Positions 40,853-56,102 of a stretch of DNA of 64,000 nucleotides are shown piece by piece (the first letter of the stretch is position 1; each line of letters starts with the position of its first letter). This stretch comes from Eledone cirrhosa. Taxonomy: Eukaryota. The stretch covers positions 57,412,001 through 57,476,000 of the forward strand of contig OZ024746.1 of the NCBI GenBank assembly GCA_964016885.1, written 5' to 3'. The notes below the pieces were generated by a model. The model did no database searches. It had not been told where the DNA came from and saw only the letters and a list, made by a program, of their open reading frames with translations. The position numbers and the translations under genes are program-made.

Positions 40853-41043
40853 GAGGGCGGTGGATTGGCAGTATCTGTAGAGGGTCGGACGCCATGCTTT
40901 CCAGCATAGTTACGTCCCTTTACGATCTGAGTTCAAATCCCGCCGAGGTTGACTTTGCCTTTCATCCCTACGGGGTCGATAAAATAAAGTACTAGTAATG
41001 CACTGGATAATTGCTGGCCTTGTTCCTAAAGTAGAAACAATTA
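40853..41043 (+). mobile_element. SINE family A
   Basis: Full consensus. Confidence 0.92.
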
Positions 41044-41221
41044 TTTATGGTTTTTATGATTAATATTGTTCTGTTGTTGTTTGGCTGGATGTGTTTGATC
41101 TTACAGTTGCGGTTCTAATCTATGAAGGTGAGAACTAAAGGTGATTGGGATGTGTTAATAACTAACAGTTTGTTGTAGCTGCTGTTGTTGTTATGATAAT
41201 AGTTGGTCTGATTAAAGGGTG

Positions 41222-41750
41222 TACTAGTAGTAGTAGTAGTAGTAGTAGTAGCTTCAGCAGCAGTAGTAGTAATAGTAGTAACAATACCAGCAACAGTAGC
41301 ATCAGTGATAGTAGTAGTAGTAGTAGTAGTAATAGCAGCAGCAGTAGTAGAAGACGTCGTAGTAGTAGTAGCAGCAGTAGTAGTAGTAGTAATAGTAGCA
41401 GTAGCAGTATTAGTAGTAGTAGTAATAGCAGCAGCAGTAGTAGAAGACGTCGTAGTAGTAGTAGTAGCAGAGCAGCAGTTGTAGTAGTAGTAGTAGTAGT
41501 TGTAGTAGCTGTAGTAGTAGTAGCAGCTGCAGCAGCAGTAGTAGTAGCAGTAGTAATAGTAGTAGTAGTAGTAGTAGTAGTTTTAGTCTTTCTTGCTCTA
41601 AGGAATTGGTGCGATATAATGTAGTTTGTTGCTGTATGCTGTAGATATAGCTACAGTATTTGTTGGTATCGTTGACATAGCCATTGGTGATGTTATATCT
41701 GTTGGTATAGGAAATTGCTTTCATTGTTATAGCTATTGTTGTTGTTGGTT

Positions 41751-41785
<35 letters not shown>

Positions 41786-41983
41786 ATTGTTGTTGCCGTT
41801 GCTTTTCGTGTTGTTGGTTTTATTGTTGTTGTTGTATTGTGGTTGTTGTTGGTTTTGATGTTGTTGTTGTTGGTGGTGGTTATGTTGTTGTTGCTGCTGC
41901 TGCTGTTGGTTTGTTCTTGTTGATGCTGTTGGTGTTGTTGTCTTTCTTGTTGTTGCTTTCGTTATTGTTGTTGTTGCTTCTAC

Positions 41984-42020
<37 letters not shown>

Positions 42021-42385
42021 GATGTTGGTGGTGGTAGCGGTGGGGTTAATGGTGGATGTGTTGATGACGTCGTTGTAGTTGGTGGTGTTGGTGGTGGTGG
42101 GTTTGATGGTGTATGTGCTGGTTACGATGTTGTTTTAGTGGCGTTTGTTGCTAATGTTGGTGTTGGTGGCGGGGCTGAAGACATTCTTGTTTTTGTTGCT
42201 GATGTTAATGGTGTTGGTGGTGGTGATGGGGCTGATGGTGGATGTGCTAATGACGTTGTTGTTGTTGTTCTTGTAATGGCTTTTGTTGATGATATTACTG
42301 TTGTTGTTGTTGCTGTTGTTGTTGTTGTTGTTGGTGGTGGTGGTAGTGGTGGTAGTGGTGGAGGTGGTGATGACGTTGTTGTTCT
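41222..42385. repeat. Mosaic trinucleotide low-complexity region: (AGT/AGC)n, then (TTG/TGG)n
   Basis: Read directly. Confidence 0.95.
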
Positions 42386-42548
42386 TGCCGCAAGGTGGTG
42401 CTAACTCACGCAGGTGAGCTGTTGTTTAGTAAGCTTGTCAAAGTAACATTCTTTCGTTTTATTGAATCATATCTCACGACATGGAGATGAAAACGAGAAA
42501 ATAAAATATGCCGACTTATATATCTTGCAGCGTGTTGTATATGTATGT

Positions 42549-43330
42549 AACTGCGTGTATGGTAGTGTATAGTGTATATAACTGCGTGTATGGCAGTGTA
42601 TAGTGTTTATAACTGCGTGTACGGCAGTGTATAGTGTATGTAACTGCGTGTATGGCAGTGTATAGTGTATATAACTGCGTGTATGGCAGTGTATAGCGTA
42701 TGCAACTGCGTGTATGGCAGTGTATAGTGTATATAACTGCGTGTATGGCAGAGTATAGTGTTTATAACTGCGTGTACGGCAGTGTATAGTGTATGTAACT
42801 GCGTGTACGGCAGTGTATAGTGTATATAACTGCGTGTATGGCAGTGTATAGTGTATATAACTGCGTGTATGGCAGTGTATAGTGTTTATAACTGCGTGTA
42901 CGGCAGTGTACAGTGTATGTAACTGCGTGTATGGCAGTGTATAGTGTATATAACTGCGTGTATGGCGGTGTATAGTGTTTATAACTGCGTGTACGGTAGT
43001 GTATAGTGTATGTAACTGCGTGTACGGCAGTGTATAGTGTATGCAACTGCGTGTATGGCAGTGTATAGTGTATGAAACTGCGTGTATGGCAGTGTATAGT
43101 GTATATAACTGCGTGTATGGCAGTGTATAGTGTTTATAACTGCGTGTACGGCAGTGTATAGTGTATGCAACTGCGTGTACGGCAGTGTATAGTGTATGCA
43201 ACTGCGTGTATGGCAGTGTATAGTGTATGCAACTGCGTGTATGGCAGTGTATAGTGTATATAACTGCGTGTATGGCAGTGTATAGTGTATATAACTGGGT
43301 GTATGGCGGTGTATAGTGTTTATAACTGCA
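42549..43330. repeat. 31-bp minisatellite, 25 units
   Basis: Unit AACTGCGTGTATGGCAGTGTATAGTGTATAT, with starts at 42549, 42580, 42611 ... 43324. Confidence 0.95.
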
Positions 43331-43480
43331 TGTATATAGCTTGGAGTACATATAGGCATGTGAGTTTTATGGAAGCATATATATATGAATGCGCAATTAT
43401 ATGTGATTTTGTGTGTCCATGTGTATGTGTTATCATGGAAAAGTGGATTCGTTTATGGAGAAAAATCAGTGTGATTAAGC

Positions 43481-43616
<136 letters not shown>

Positions 43617-43919
43617 ATGCACCTTGTTTATGTTATTACATGTGAGTGTAACAATGTATAGACTTGAAACTATAAGAGTACACATGGGTATATGTGTATG
43701 TATATATGTATATGGGATTATATATGTATATATATTGGTATAGCCATGTGTACTCGTCATTATACATGTGTCAATAAATGCATATACTCCTGATTGTGTG
43801 AATGAATATACTTGAATATATTTGATTATGGACCTGTATGTTTCTCTACATTTATGTGTGCATAAGTGTATATACTTCAGTTGGTATGAGTATAGATGGA
43901 TAAGTATATATACATATTA

Positions 43920-43995
<76 letters not shown>

Positions 43996-44356
43996 CCGTC
44001 GAAACGGCTTAAGCTCTGCTGACCGGGTCATACTTTTTCCTAAAAATATATATATATATAAATATATATACATATATATATACATAACCCGAAATTGGCC
44101 AAATGTGGTGCGTAGGGCTACATCTGTGATATGACCCAAACCAAAGAAAACGGTGAAGATCAATGAAGGAGAGCTTCGTCAAGTAGGTGTGAAAAGGGCC
44201 TGGATTGAATGGAGAGAAAAATTGAAATAACACACATAATAATATATGTCACATGTGTATACTAACTTATACTACTCAGATATACGCATATGCATCAACA
44301 TTTATAATCACGTGCTCATCTCATTCAAGTTACATTTTTACTTCACATATATCTTG

Positions 44357-44546
<190 letters not shown>

Positions 44547-44579
44547 CTACATATGTATATATACATATATATATGTATA

Positions 44580-44624
<45 letters not shown>

Positions 44625-44636
44625 GTATATATATAT

Positions 44637-46610
44637 AGCGGCGATGAATTAGTTTTGCGAGGTTTTTTATATGAAATCGTGTGTAGATTATCTCGTTGAA
44701 CTTAAATATGAGGCCCTTTAGGGTAGTTTTGATACTAGCCGCTATTGCATGTGCGACCATATTTCTTACCTGATCATTGTTTTGGGGGGTCCGTATAGCT
44801 TTGGTCCACCCAATCTACCTTCCCATGGGAGTCTTTTTTGCCATCTACACCCAAAATGAGGGAGCAGCCATCGACGTCAGCATAGCTGGTGATGTTGCCA
44901 ACCTTTTCATGGTATGGTGGGAAAGGAGACTTAAAGATCTCCTTAATGAAAGCTGTATAGACCTCATCATGTACTCTCGTTATGTAGACGATATCAATAT
45001 AGTTATAAGAACACCCCCACTAGAGAGCACTAACAAGTTTGATTTAGAACGTAGCACGATGGAAAGCATCCACCAGATAGCTAATTCCATACACCAGAGT
45101 ATAACTGCAACTATCGACTTCCCTTCCAAACACCCTAACAATAGACTACCTGTATTAGCCACAGAACTCTGGATTAACACTATAGACGAGAGACCCCAAA
45201 TTCTCCACTCACACTATGCTAAACCCATGGCCGCCAAATACCTGATACTCAAAAATTCAGCAATGTCCAGTAGTGCTAAGTTTAATATTCTGATCGCAGA
45301 TTTGGTACGAGTGATGAAGAATGTGTCCCGCATGTGCGACCCAGCAGAAATGGAAAGACACATCCAACACTTCATCAACCGCATGCAGTTCTCTGGCTAC
45401 AACCAAAGAGACAGAGTCAGAGTATACGAAGGAGCCATGGAAAAGTATAAGACCCTCATAGAACTGGACATGAAAGGAATTTGCCCATTATACAGGAGCA
45501 AATCATGGAATAGCTTAGATAGGGCTAGACATAAGATAGGGAAAGCCGCCTCATGGCACGACAACCAGAGATACCAGAGTGTCATGTTTGTGGACGCCAA
45601 CCCTGGAGGGAAATTAGCTAACCAGTGTAGAACGGCCCTGAGAAAGACCCACTTAAAAATAAAGGTGGTATAAAAGCCAGGAACCACCATAAAATCCCTG
45701 ATCAGCAAAACCTACCCTTTTAAGAAAACCCACTGTACCAATAGGACATGTATCATATGTAAGGTGAACCCCCGGATAAAATGTAAAACTAGAAACGTAG
45801 TCTATAGCATAAGATGTACAGAGGGTACTTGCAGAAACATGACAACAACATACATAGGTGAGACAGCTAGTACCATAGGGGAAAGGATAAACAAACACTG
45901 GGGGGAACTAAAAGGACGAAAAAACGGGTCAGTACTATACGAACATGCTAGACAACAACATGACGGTAACATAGATAACATAGAAATTAGAATAATATCT
46001 AAACATAGTAATGACCCAGCAGATAGTCAAATCAGAGAGGCCAGTGAAATAGAAATTAGAAGACCAAAGCTAAACAGATAGAATGAATGGAATAGCAACA
46101 ATACCCAAACAAACAACACTGACCTAAGAGAAGTATATATAAGTAAATAAAATAAGATAAATAAATAAATAAATACATACACAAGCACAATGACAACACG
46201 CACATAAACACACACCAGTCACCCATCACACAGCAAACATAACACTATACACACACGCAAACGCATGCGCAAAGAAGACGAAATAAAATAAACAAACAAG
46301 CAAATAAATAAATAAATATATAGACAGACTGAATAAAAATAGTGTAGACATACAACACAACAGGAGGAAAATATAACACCACTGACGATGTTGCAGATGT
46401 GCAACGAAAGATCTATGACAAACTATATATATGTGTTTGTGTCTATGTTGTATCTGTATTATTTTTGATCATCGGTCAGTCAATGGCAACATTGAGGACC
46501 GAGTAAATTAGATTACCGATATAAAAGACAGCGAGAAGCGAAAACCAACCAAACAGTGAGTGTGTTCTGGCAATATTACACAAATATGACCCTCCCCAAG
46601 TATAACAATA
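44637..46610 (+). mobile_element. Penelope-like element (RT + C-terminal GIY-YIG), 5'-truncated and 5'-inverted
   Basis: RT motifs YTQNEGAAI, YSRYVDD and HYAKPM. EN motif NVVYSIRC...YIGETASTIGERINKH (45764-46081). The terminal repeat runs to ~46610. Confidence 0.92.
46378..46417 (+). ncRNA. Minimal hammerhead-like motif in the PLE terminal repeat
   Basis: CA-CUGACGA-uGUUGCA-gaug-UGCAAC-GAAAG-au-CUA^-UG. Stem I is only ~2 bp. The same motif lies at ~58389-58428 (-), sense to that element. Confidence 0.5.
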
Positions 46611-46621
46611 TATATATACAC

Positions 46622-46844
<223 letters not shown>

Positions 46845-48062
46845 AATCAAAATAGATGTGTAGTAAAAATGTAACTTGAATGAGCACGTGGTTATAAATG
46901 TTGATGCATATGCGTATATCTGAGTAGTATAACTTAGTATACACATGCGACATATATTATTACGTGTGTTTAGGTGACAAATAGTTATTTCAATTTTTCT
47001 CTCCATTCAATCCAGGCCCTTTTCACTCCTACCGGAGGAAGCTCTCCTTCATTGATCTTCACCGTTTTCTTTGGTTTTTGTCATATCACAGATGTAGCCC
47101 TACGTACCACATTTGGCCAATTTCAGGTTGGTGAGGCAATTTACCACATAGCTGGGTAGACTCATTTCTACAGCCGCGAGAACTTGTGATAAAATGAATA
47201 TAAATACTGATAACATGATAGATAAATTAATAGAAAAGACGTCTATAAGAAAACACAGAATATTCAGCACTATGTTAATATAATGTAATTAACCTCTTTA
47301 GGTTGGGGTGGGGGTATCAATTATCATATTAATAAAGGAACTGGCTCGTGAAATTAGTGTTTAAGTGGCTAGGTATTTCACAGATATGCGTAGAAAACGT
47401 AATTCTTAAAGAGATTCAACGTTATTCACTGTGTGTTATATGTGACTCTTTGAGTTGCCGGTACATTTCCTCCAATTGGCTTGAAACTGCTTCAAGCCAA
47501 TGAGCTGACATAGCTGAGGCTATGGTGATGACAGTTGCCTCGCATTGTGGGCGGACTCGGAACCGTATGATTTCGAAACGAAGCGTTTAAACATCCGGCA
47601 ATAATGCGTCAAAATCTTAATATTCTTTTAGCGAATATACGAAAGAATGTGTTGGGCCTTCGTGGGTTTGGACAATGAGTATTCCAATTGTTTTAGCAAA
47701 AGAACAAGAGCACACTCGTAAAATTAACGTGCAGATGGCTGACACCTTTACAAACACGTGTACAGTTAACGTACTTCTTAACGATATTCAGTACACAATA
47801 TTGCGTGACGAAGCTGACACTGGAATAACTCATATATTCCAGGTGATTCGTCTGGAAATACAGTGTCGTATTCCAGAACTCAAGGCACCGCAGCGTATCG
47901 AACTGAAGACATAAACGATTTCAGTATGCCGTCACAGATAAAACACTAATATTAATAATAAAATAATAAGGATATGAATATTGATACTAGAACCAATTGG
48001 CATATCGTTTTAAAGTCCTAAACATACTTTTCACAAGAGTTTGCGTAATGGAGCTAAACGCG

Positions 48063-48114
<52 letters not shown>

Positions 48115-48131
48115 ATGTGTGTGTGTGTATT

Positions 48132-48180
<49 letters not shown>

Positions 48181-48329
48181 GTATATATATATGTATATAT
48201 ACATATGTATATATACATATATATATATATGTATATATATATGTATATGCATCTATCTATATATATATATATATATAAATATATATATATGTATGTATGT
48301 ATACATATACATATGTATATATACATATA

Positions 48330-48429
<100 letters not shown>

Positions 48430-49086
48430 TTATGTCTCTTACGACTGCTTCAAATCTGGCACTCGGCCTACATCGAAAAGAAGGAACGAAAAAAAAAATA
48501 GACGAACGTTAACAACAAAACAACAGCGATACAAACAGAATAAAATACACTATAATACTACATACACAAGCAAAACATTATTAATAATAGTTTAGTAAGA
48601 AAAGTGTTGAGTCAATGTAATGTTTTAGTTTGAATTAGTTTCAAGTGTTTCTAGATAGAAATAATGCGTTCCGTGCTACTTAATACATTTACAGAGCTGA
48701 CCATGCTCTACGTACAGTAGTAATGGTCAATTTGTCTTGACCAGCTGCCAACACATACTAATTGCTTCCAAACTCTCCAGGATTTACGTGGTAAATTTCC
48801 GACTCACTGATTCTTGAATATCATAACACCTGTGCAATCGTCACTGCCTATATGTTAATCTAAACATGGAGTCTACCGGTGAGTTACTTGCTTGATAGCT
48901 TGATGGGTAAATGGGTAGATGGATACAATTATATGTATGTATGCATTTATATATATATACATATATGTCTATGTGTTGTATGTTGTGTTTACTCCTCTTG
49001 TTTTATTTCGTGTATCAGTTTATGTGATGTATCTAAGTACAAAATGTACACACGCATAAGCGCACTCATACACACACACACACACC

Positions 49087-49125
<39 letters not shown>

Positions 49126-49172
49126 GGAGAGGGGGGGGGGGCAGATAGAGAGATAGAGAGAGAGAGAGAGAT

Positions 49173-49217
<45 letters not shown>

Positions 49218-49628
49218 CAAATTCAGTTCCCCTAGCCAAATCAGTTATGATGTAAGAAAGGTAGAAGAAAGAATTCCTAGTAACTAGCCATAGTATGCAG
49301 GAAATAAATATATAAAGATAGGACATATAGAATGATAAGCAAAAAGTAGGAAAGTACAGAAAAAATGACGGAATGAGAAATAGAGACACAGTAGAAATGA
49401 AACTAATGGGAGAATATAGGGAGAAAAATAAAGTAAAATGAGAAATGTATTAGAGTAAATTATAATCTTAAAAAGAATGGAGATAAAGGGAGACAGTGGT
49501 GATCTGATTCATTGCCGTACTATTTAATGCTAATTAGTTAAACGAGACATATTGTGATCGTTTATGGTAGTATTGAGCGCTATTTAATTTCTATTCAACA
49601 GAAGTGTTGTTTTTTGTGTGTAGGTGTT

Positions 49629-49688
<60 letters not shown>

Positions 49689-50307
49689 TGTATGTGTGTG
49701 TGTATGTATGTGTGTGTGTATGTGTGTGTGTTTGTGAGGTTTGTATGTGATATATTTTTGTAAGTATATAGCTGTGTGGCATATGCCAGTCATCATCTAG
49801 GCTAGATATATAGACACACGTAAAAATATATAAGTATATATATAAGTATGCATTTTTGTATGCATGTACGTACGTATGTATGTATGTATGTGTATATATA
49901 TAATACAAGGACCAACTGGCATAAAACTAACTTAAAACACATAGCATTAGACCATCTTATCATGAAAAGAAAATTTTTGGAAACAGTTTTTTAAGAAATA
50001 TTTTGAATTGTTTTTGGTGTAAACAAAAAAAATCATTAAATTGTGTGAAATGTTTAAAGATCTGTATACCACATGACGACCTCATGCTGGGGGAATCGAG
50101 AAAAAGAAAACTACCTAGCTGTCAAACTCAGGAAAATGTGTAAGATGGAGATGAATATACACCTCAATACAACTGCATATGGCCTTCGATATTTTTAATA
50201 ATCTGTAATGCTCTTGTGTGTACCATTTATACGTTATTCAACACTTCATTTCATTGGCATCATAGCAGACAGACAAAAGTATGAATTTCACATACCATGT
50301 CGGTTAG

Positions 50308-51000
<693 letters not shown>

Positions 51001-51120
51001 TTACATTGAGGGAAAGAAGCGATGGGGAGGAGAGATAAATAAAGAAAAAAAGATCAAAAGGAATATATATATATATACAACACAAATACACAAATGCACA
51101 CTACCCACTACACACACATA

Positions 51121-51230
<110 letters not shown>

Positions 51231-51432
51231 AGTATGTATATATATAGATAAATATGTGTAACAATATACATAGATATACACACACACACACACATGTATA
51301 TATATATATATGTATAGGTAAATATGTATAACAATATACAAGAATATAACAGATAAAATCCATGGGGCTGAAAATCATAGACAAGAGGACGACCGACCAT
51401 CTAGCATCTTTTACTTTAGTCGGTCGCCCTCA

Positions 51433-51482
<50 letters not shown>

Positions 51483-51657
51483 TTCAGGAGTAACTAATCT
51501 TAAAGAGATTGCTTAAAGCCAAAGCGTAATGTGCTCAATGTGCAATATGTATATTGTTATACATATTTACCTATATATATACATGTGTGTGTGTGTGTAT
51601 ATCTATGTATATTGTTACACAAATTTATCTATATATATACATACTTATATATATATG

Positions 51658-51694
<37 letters not shown>

Positions 51695-51755
51695 TTGTGT
51701 GGAAAGCAGCTAGGTGGCTGGGTTCATCCAGAAGTTAGGCGCGCAGAGCTGGAAA

Positions 51756-53520
51756 TATTCAATAGTTAAGCAAAACAAGACCACAAATTTCACAAGGAAG
51801 ACATTATTAAAGTGGATTGGCAGTATCGGTAGAGGGTCTGACGCTATGCTTTGCAGCAAAGAGTTACGCCTCTTTATGGTTTGAGTTCAAATCCCGCCGA
51901 GGTTAACTTTGCCTTTCATCCTTACGGGGTCGATAAAATAAAGTACCAGTAATGCACTGGATAATTGCTGGCCTTGTGCCAAAAGTAGAAACAATTATTA
52001 AAAGATTGTCAACATATTTATTTTCACGTGAGGAATGTATAGAATAATAATAATATTATTAATAATAATAATGTCCGTTTACAATTGTTTCGCTACTCCA
52101 TATAATATTTCAGGATCAAATGACTATATATCATTATTGATCTGGTTCAGTTGAAAATAATTAACATATTTAAAGACAGAGCAGCTCATCGGAACTTCAA
52201 AGGAATATAAATTAAAATAAGGAGAGAATGTTACATAATGTAATGTTCCATATATTGGTATTTCACTCTGGTGTCCTTGGTGTATCAATTGTCAGCCATA
52301 ATCAAGCAGTATTCATCTGTCGAGGCTGCATTGTGTGAGATCTCCCTCTGGGTAACAAGATGGCCGCCAATGGACATATTTACCTTACTAATTAGAGAGT
52401 GGTTTCAGGGCAAGTAACTCCTCGAGAGATTAGAAATGGTGCGTAGTTTATAGTTAAGTGCAAATTTGTTTATTTTTTTAATTGAGCGACAATGTAGGCG
52501 ACTTATAATTATGTAAGTTAGTTATAGCTATTTAACTTATTAGCTACAAGTAAAAATGGGGCTAGGTGACTATGTTGGGTCAAATATTCTGTTGGCGAAG
52601 GAATTAGCCCTTCGCTGTTGCCAGATAATAGTTACCTCCGTTCTATCGTTAATCGGTAGAGGTCGTGATAGAGTTATGTAATATGCTTCGGTAATACAGA
52701 GATCACAAGATTTTCTTCGTCCATTGAAAGGTTGGGCCCTAGCTAAGATATCCCATGTTAGTGAGTGTTCAATGTTGGTTAATTTAAGGTTTTTAATGAG
52801 CCTAGCTAGAGATGTCGAACATCTGTTGTTAGGGTCTCGGAAGGAAAAGAGTGCGCGTTATAGCGTACCTTAAAAGGTTAGACCCAATATAGGAGCTGGT
52901 ATTCGAAGCAGTTTTAACCGTGCACGTATAGACTATGTTGGGTGTCAGGCAGTGTCCATTTAGTCGGCATGCATTAGGGTAACGGCAGTTGCAGTTGCTT
53001 CTGCGGTTAGTGAGAGTAGGGTAGTTTAACCTAAGCGGTTGGTCATTGTTAGAAGGATTAGATGGGGGAGGTGTGCTACTAGAGTAAGTATTGGGGTAGT
53101 GGCGTGGTGTTATTTGATAGGGGTGGTGGTACCGCGGTGTGGGAGTTATACTGTCTTAGTTTATGATGGTTACTGAATGCGATGTGGCTTGCTAGGTTAG
53201 GTGTTGTGGAGAATGAGACTTTAATGTTATTTTTATTAAAGAGTTTGTAATATCTATGGTTGGGGGGGGGGTAGATAGGATAGAGAAAAAGCGTTTAGTG
53301 ATGTTAGTGGCTAGATTAAATGAGAATGAGGGGGTTAAACCAGGTGATATTTCTAGGTCTATCCCTTCTAGGGGTATTTGTGGAGTTGGTAGGGGCTTTC
53401 CTAGGGTTATTATTACCTGCGAATTTGTTATTTGTCATCCTATTTCTCATTCCTGTTCTAGGGTTGATTTTTAGTTCGCTACTTGGAGCGGGGAGCAGGC
53501 CGCTCCCACCATTAAAGTTC
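51756..53520 (-). mobile_element. Degenerate PLE 3' part: RT/EN linker, Cys-rich segment, GIY-YIG and pseudo-LTR
   Basis: Minus-strand fragments ATNITKRFFSIL, YYKLFNKNNIKVSFSTTPNL, CNCRYPNACRLNGHCLTPNIVYTCTV...SYIG and SLTWDILARAQPFNGRRKSCDLCITEAYYI. The pLTR spans 51756-52358, and an inverted partial pLTR lies at ~53730-53851. Confidence 0.85.
51812..51997 (+). mobile_element. SINE family A inserted in a pLTR
   Basis: Consensus match, with ATTATTAAA duplicated. Confidence 0.9.
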
Positions 53521-53548
53521 CTTGTATAGGTGCTGTAATTGCTAAAAT

Positions 53549-53731
53549 TCGGTAGAGGATCGGTAGAGGTGCGGACAACATGCTTTGACGCATAGAGTTA
53601 CGGCCCTTGCCACTCTGAGTTCAGATCCCGCCTAGGTTAACTTTCCCTTTCATCCTTACGGGTTCGATAAAATAAAGTACCAGTAATACACTGTTATAAT
53701 TGCTGGCCTTGTGCCAAAATAGAAACAATTA
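53549..53731 (+). mobile_element. SINE family A (5'-clipped)
   Basis: Consensus match. Confidence 0.88.
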
Positions 53732-53860
53732 TTATTAATATTATTATTATTATTCTCTACAATCCTTACATCAAAATAAAATATGTTGACAATCTTTTAA
53801 TAATGTCTTCCTTGTGAAATGTGTGGTCTTGTTTTGCTTAACTAATGAATAATTATATAT

Positions 53861-54587
53861 ATAAACGGAAAAAATGAAACGAAATTTCATTTCCCGCTCT
53901 TAGTACGGCTGTTACTTAAATATAAGTATGTACACGTACATACACATATCTATACAGACGTATAGTAGTATGTATATATATATACATACATGCACACATA
54001 TATATATATATACTTATGGATTCACCGAACACTTATTATAATGCTCGGTGTGTTTGTAAACAAACATCCCGTATTAAGCCGTAGTGTCCAGCAACCATCG
54101 TTGCTCGTTTGTTCAACACTGACAAAGGAACGCTGTACTAGTTTCAAGCTTATTAGCTATCGTCAGCAACGTATACCTTCCTGCCATATTGTTGAACGTA
54201 TATACTTACCTGATGCATATTAACAGCTGAGAAGCCAATTTTGCATATCCAGTGGGTTAATCGGCCGGGTGCACCGAAAACGATAAACGGAAAAGTATAT
54301 ATGGAAAAGTATATACGTTCAACAATCTGGCAGGAAGGTATATGTTGCTGACGATAGCTAATAAGCTTGAAACTAGTACAGCGTTCCTTTGTCAGTGTTG
54401 AACAAACGAGCAACGACGGTTGCTGGACACTACGGCTTAATACAGGATGCTTGTTTACAAACACACCGAGCATTATATTAAATGTTCGGTGAATCCATAC
54501 GTACATATATATATATGTGTGCATGTATGTATATATATCTACATACTACTGTACGTCTGTATACATATATGTATGTACGTGTACATA

Positions 54588-54593
<6 letters not shown>
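53861..54593. mobile_element. Fold-back module with ~285-bp inverted arms, each with a hammerhead
   Basis: 53921-54207 is the reverse complement of 54307-54593. Confidence 0.88.
54342..54384 (+). ncRNA. Minimal type I hammerhead ribozyme
   Basis: AUGUUG-CUGACGA-uAGCU-aaua-AGCUu-GAAAC-UA-GUA^-CAGCGU. A mirror copy lies at 54130-54172 (-). Confidence 0.85.
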
Positions 54594-54678
<85 letters not shown>

Positions 54679-56001
54679 GTGTGTGTGTGTATGATTGTAT
54701 TGTACACCAATTTCATATGTATTAATACACATGCAGACTATACAAATCTGAAGAAGGAATCTAAAACAAAACAAAAACAAAATCACCAGCAACCAACAGA
54801 ATTGCGTCTATGAATTTGCTATAGCAACCAGCTTGAGGAAATCACGCACGAAATAACCAGGTATATATACCTGAGATATCCATCATAGAACGCACCTGTT
54901 TTCTGTCAATTAACAAGACACGTTACCAGCAAGATATTTATGTGTGCAGTCAGAACTTTGTAAGCATTTAGATATAGAACTATGGGGAATACGCGCTTCT
55001 CCCGGTTATAATTCTTATCCACGAAATAAATTGATGTTTAACCATTCGCAAACCCCCTGTGGTTTCGAAGAAAAATAGTTTAGGGTTGTTTTTGTTTTCC
55101 TTTATTATTATTATTATTTTCTATTTTCATTTTGTGTATGTGTGTGTGTGTGTGGGGGGGGGGTCTTAATGTGTGTTGGGATCAATTGTTCTTTATTGAT
55201 GTAAACTTTTGTTGATGAGTTTACTTTCGTTTTTGATGTTGTTGAAGACCTTTTCATATCTAACAGGACAACATGCGTGTCGGTGATAAATGGGCAGTTG
55301 CTGTGGTATTGTAGTGGCACATCTTAAACAGTTGTCCAAGTAACAACCTTCATCTATCACGAGATCATTGCAGGACACATTATTTTTTTTTTCCTTCAAC
55401 ATATCTAACAGCTACATCTATATACGTACAGATGTAATGAGTATAAAAGCCTTATATCAACATGTGTTAAAACATTAAAACATTCGCATTTCCCTTGTGG
55501 TTTCCGAGGGATGTATTTAAATGTGATTTGTTTCTTTTCGTGCGCGCATCCGACCATTTGGTTTTAGTTATAGATGTAAACTTTTGTACAAATACTTTAT
55601 GTTTTTTTTCTCCCTTGTTTCTTCAAAATAATCATTACAAATCTAACAGACCGTCACTTATATGAGTAATTACTGGTAAAGATGTGCTCCAAATTAGAAA
55701 ATTAATAGACGGAAACTATGTGGAAGCGTGTCGCTCCATCTTCATCACATATTTTGCTACACTTATTCGGCATGCAAATTAATTCGAGTGTTCATTTAAC
55801 AATTCACGTGTTAATTCACGATTTCAATGTTCAGTTGATCGAACATCTAACTTCATATCGTCAAAACCAACGGCGGATCCACTATACACTAGAAGCTAGA
55901 CCTGGTAATCACCTATATAGAACGTTAATCTGCCGTAAATTACTTTCTTTTACAATGCTGACAGTACATATATTCATGCATACACGCGCACACAGACACA
56001 C

Positions 56002-56102
<101 letters not shown>

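Noticed and set aside
41193-42404. Poly-Ser/Val/Cys/Leu/Gly ORFs
   Set aside because: Trinucleotide low-complexity DNA with no splice or domain evidence.
42467-43351. 294-aa repetitive ORF, and a CRISPR-like appearance of the 31-bp array
   Set aside because: The period is not a multiple of 3, so the ORF merely cycles through frames. The units are contiguous with no spacers, there are no cas genes, and the context is eukaryotic.
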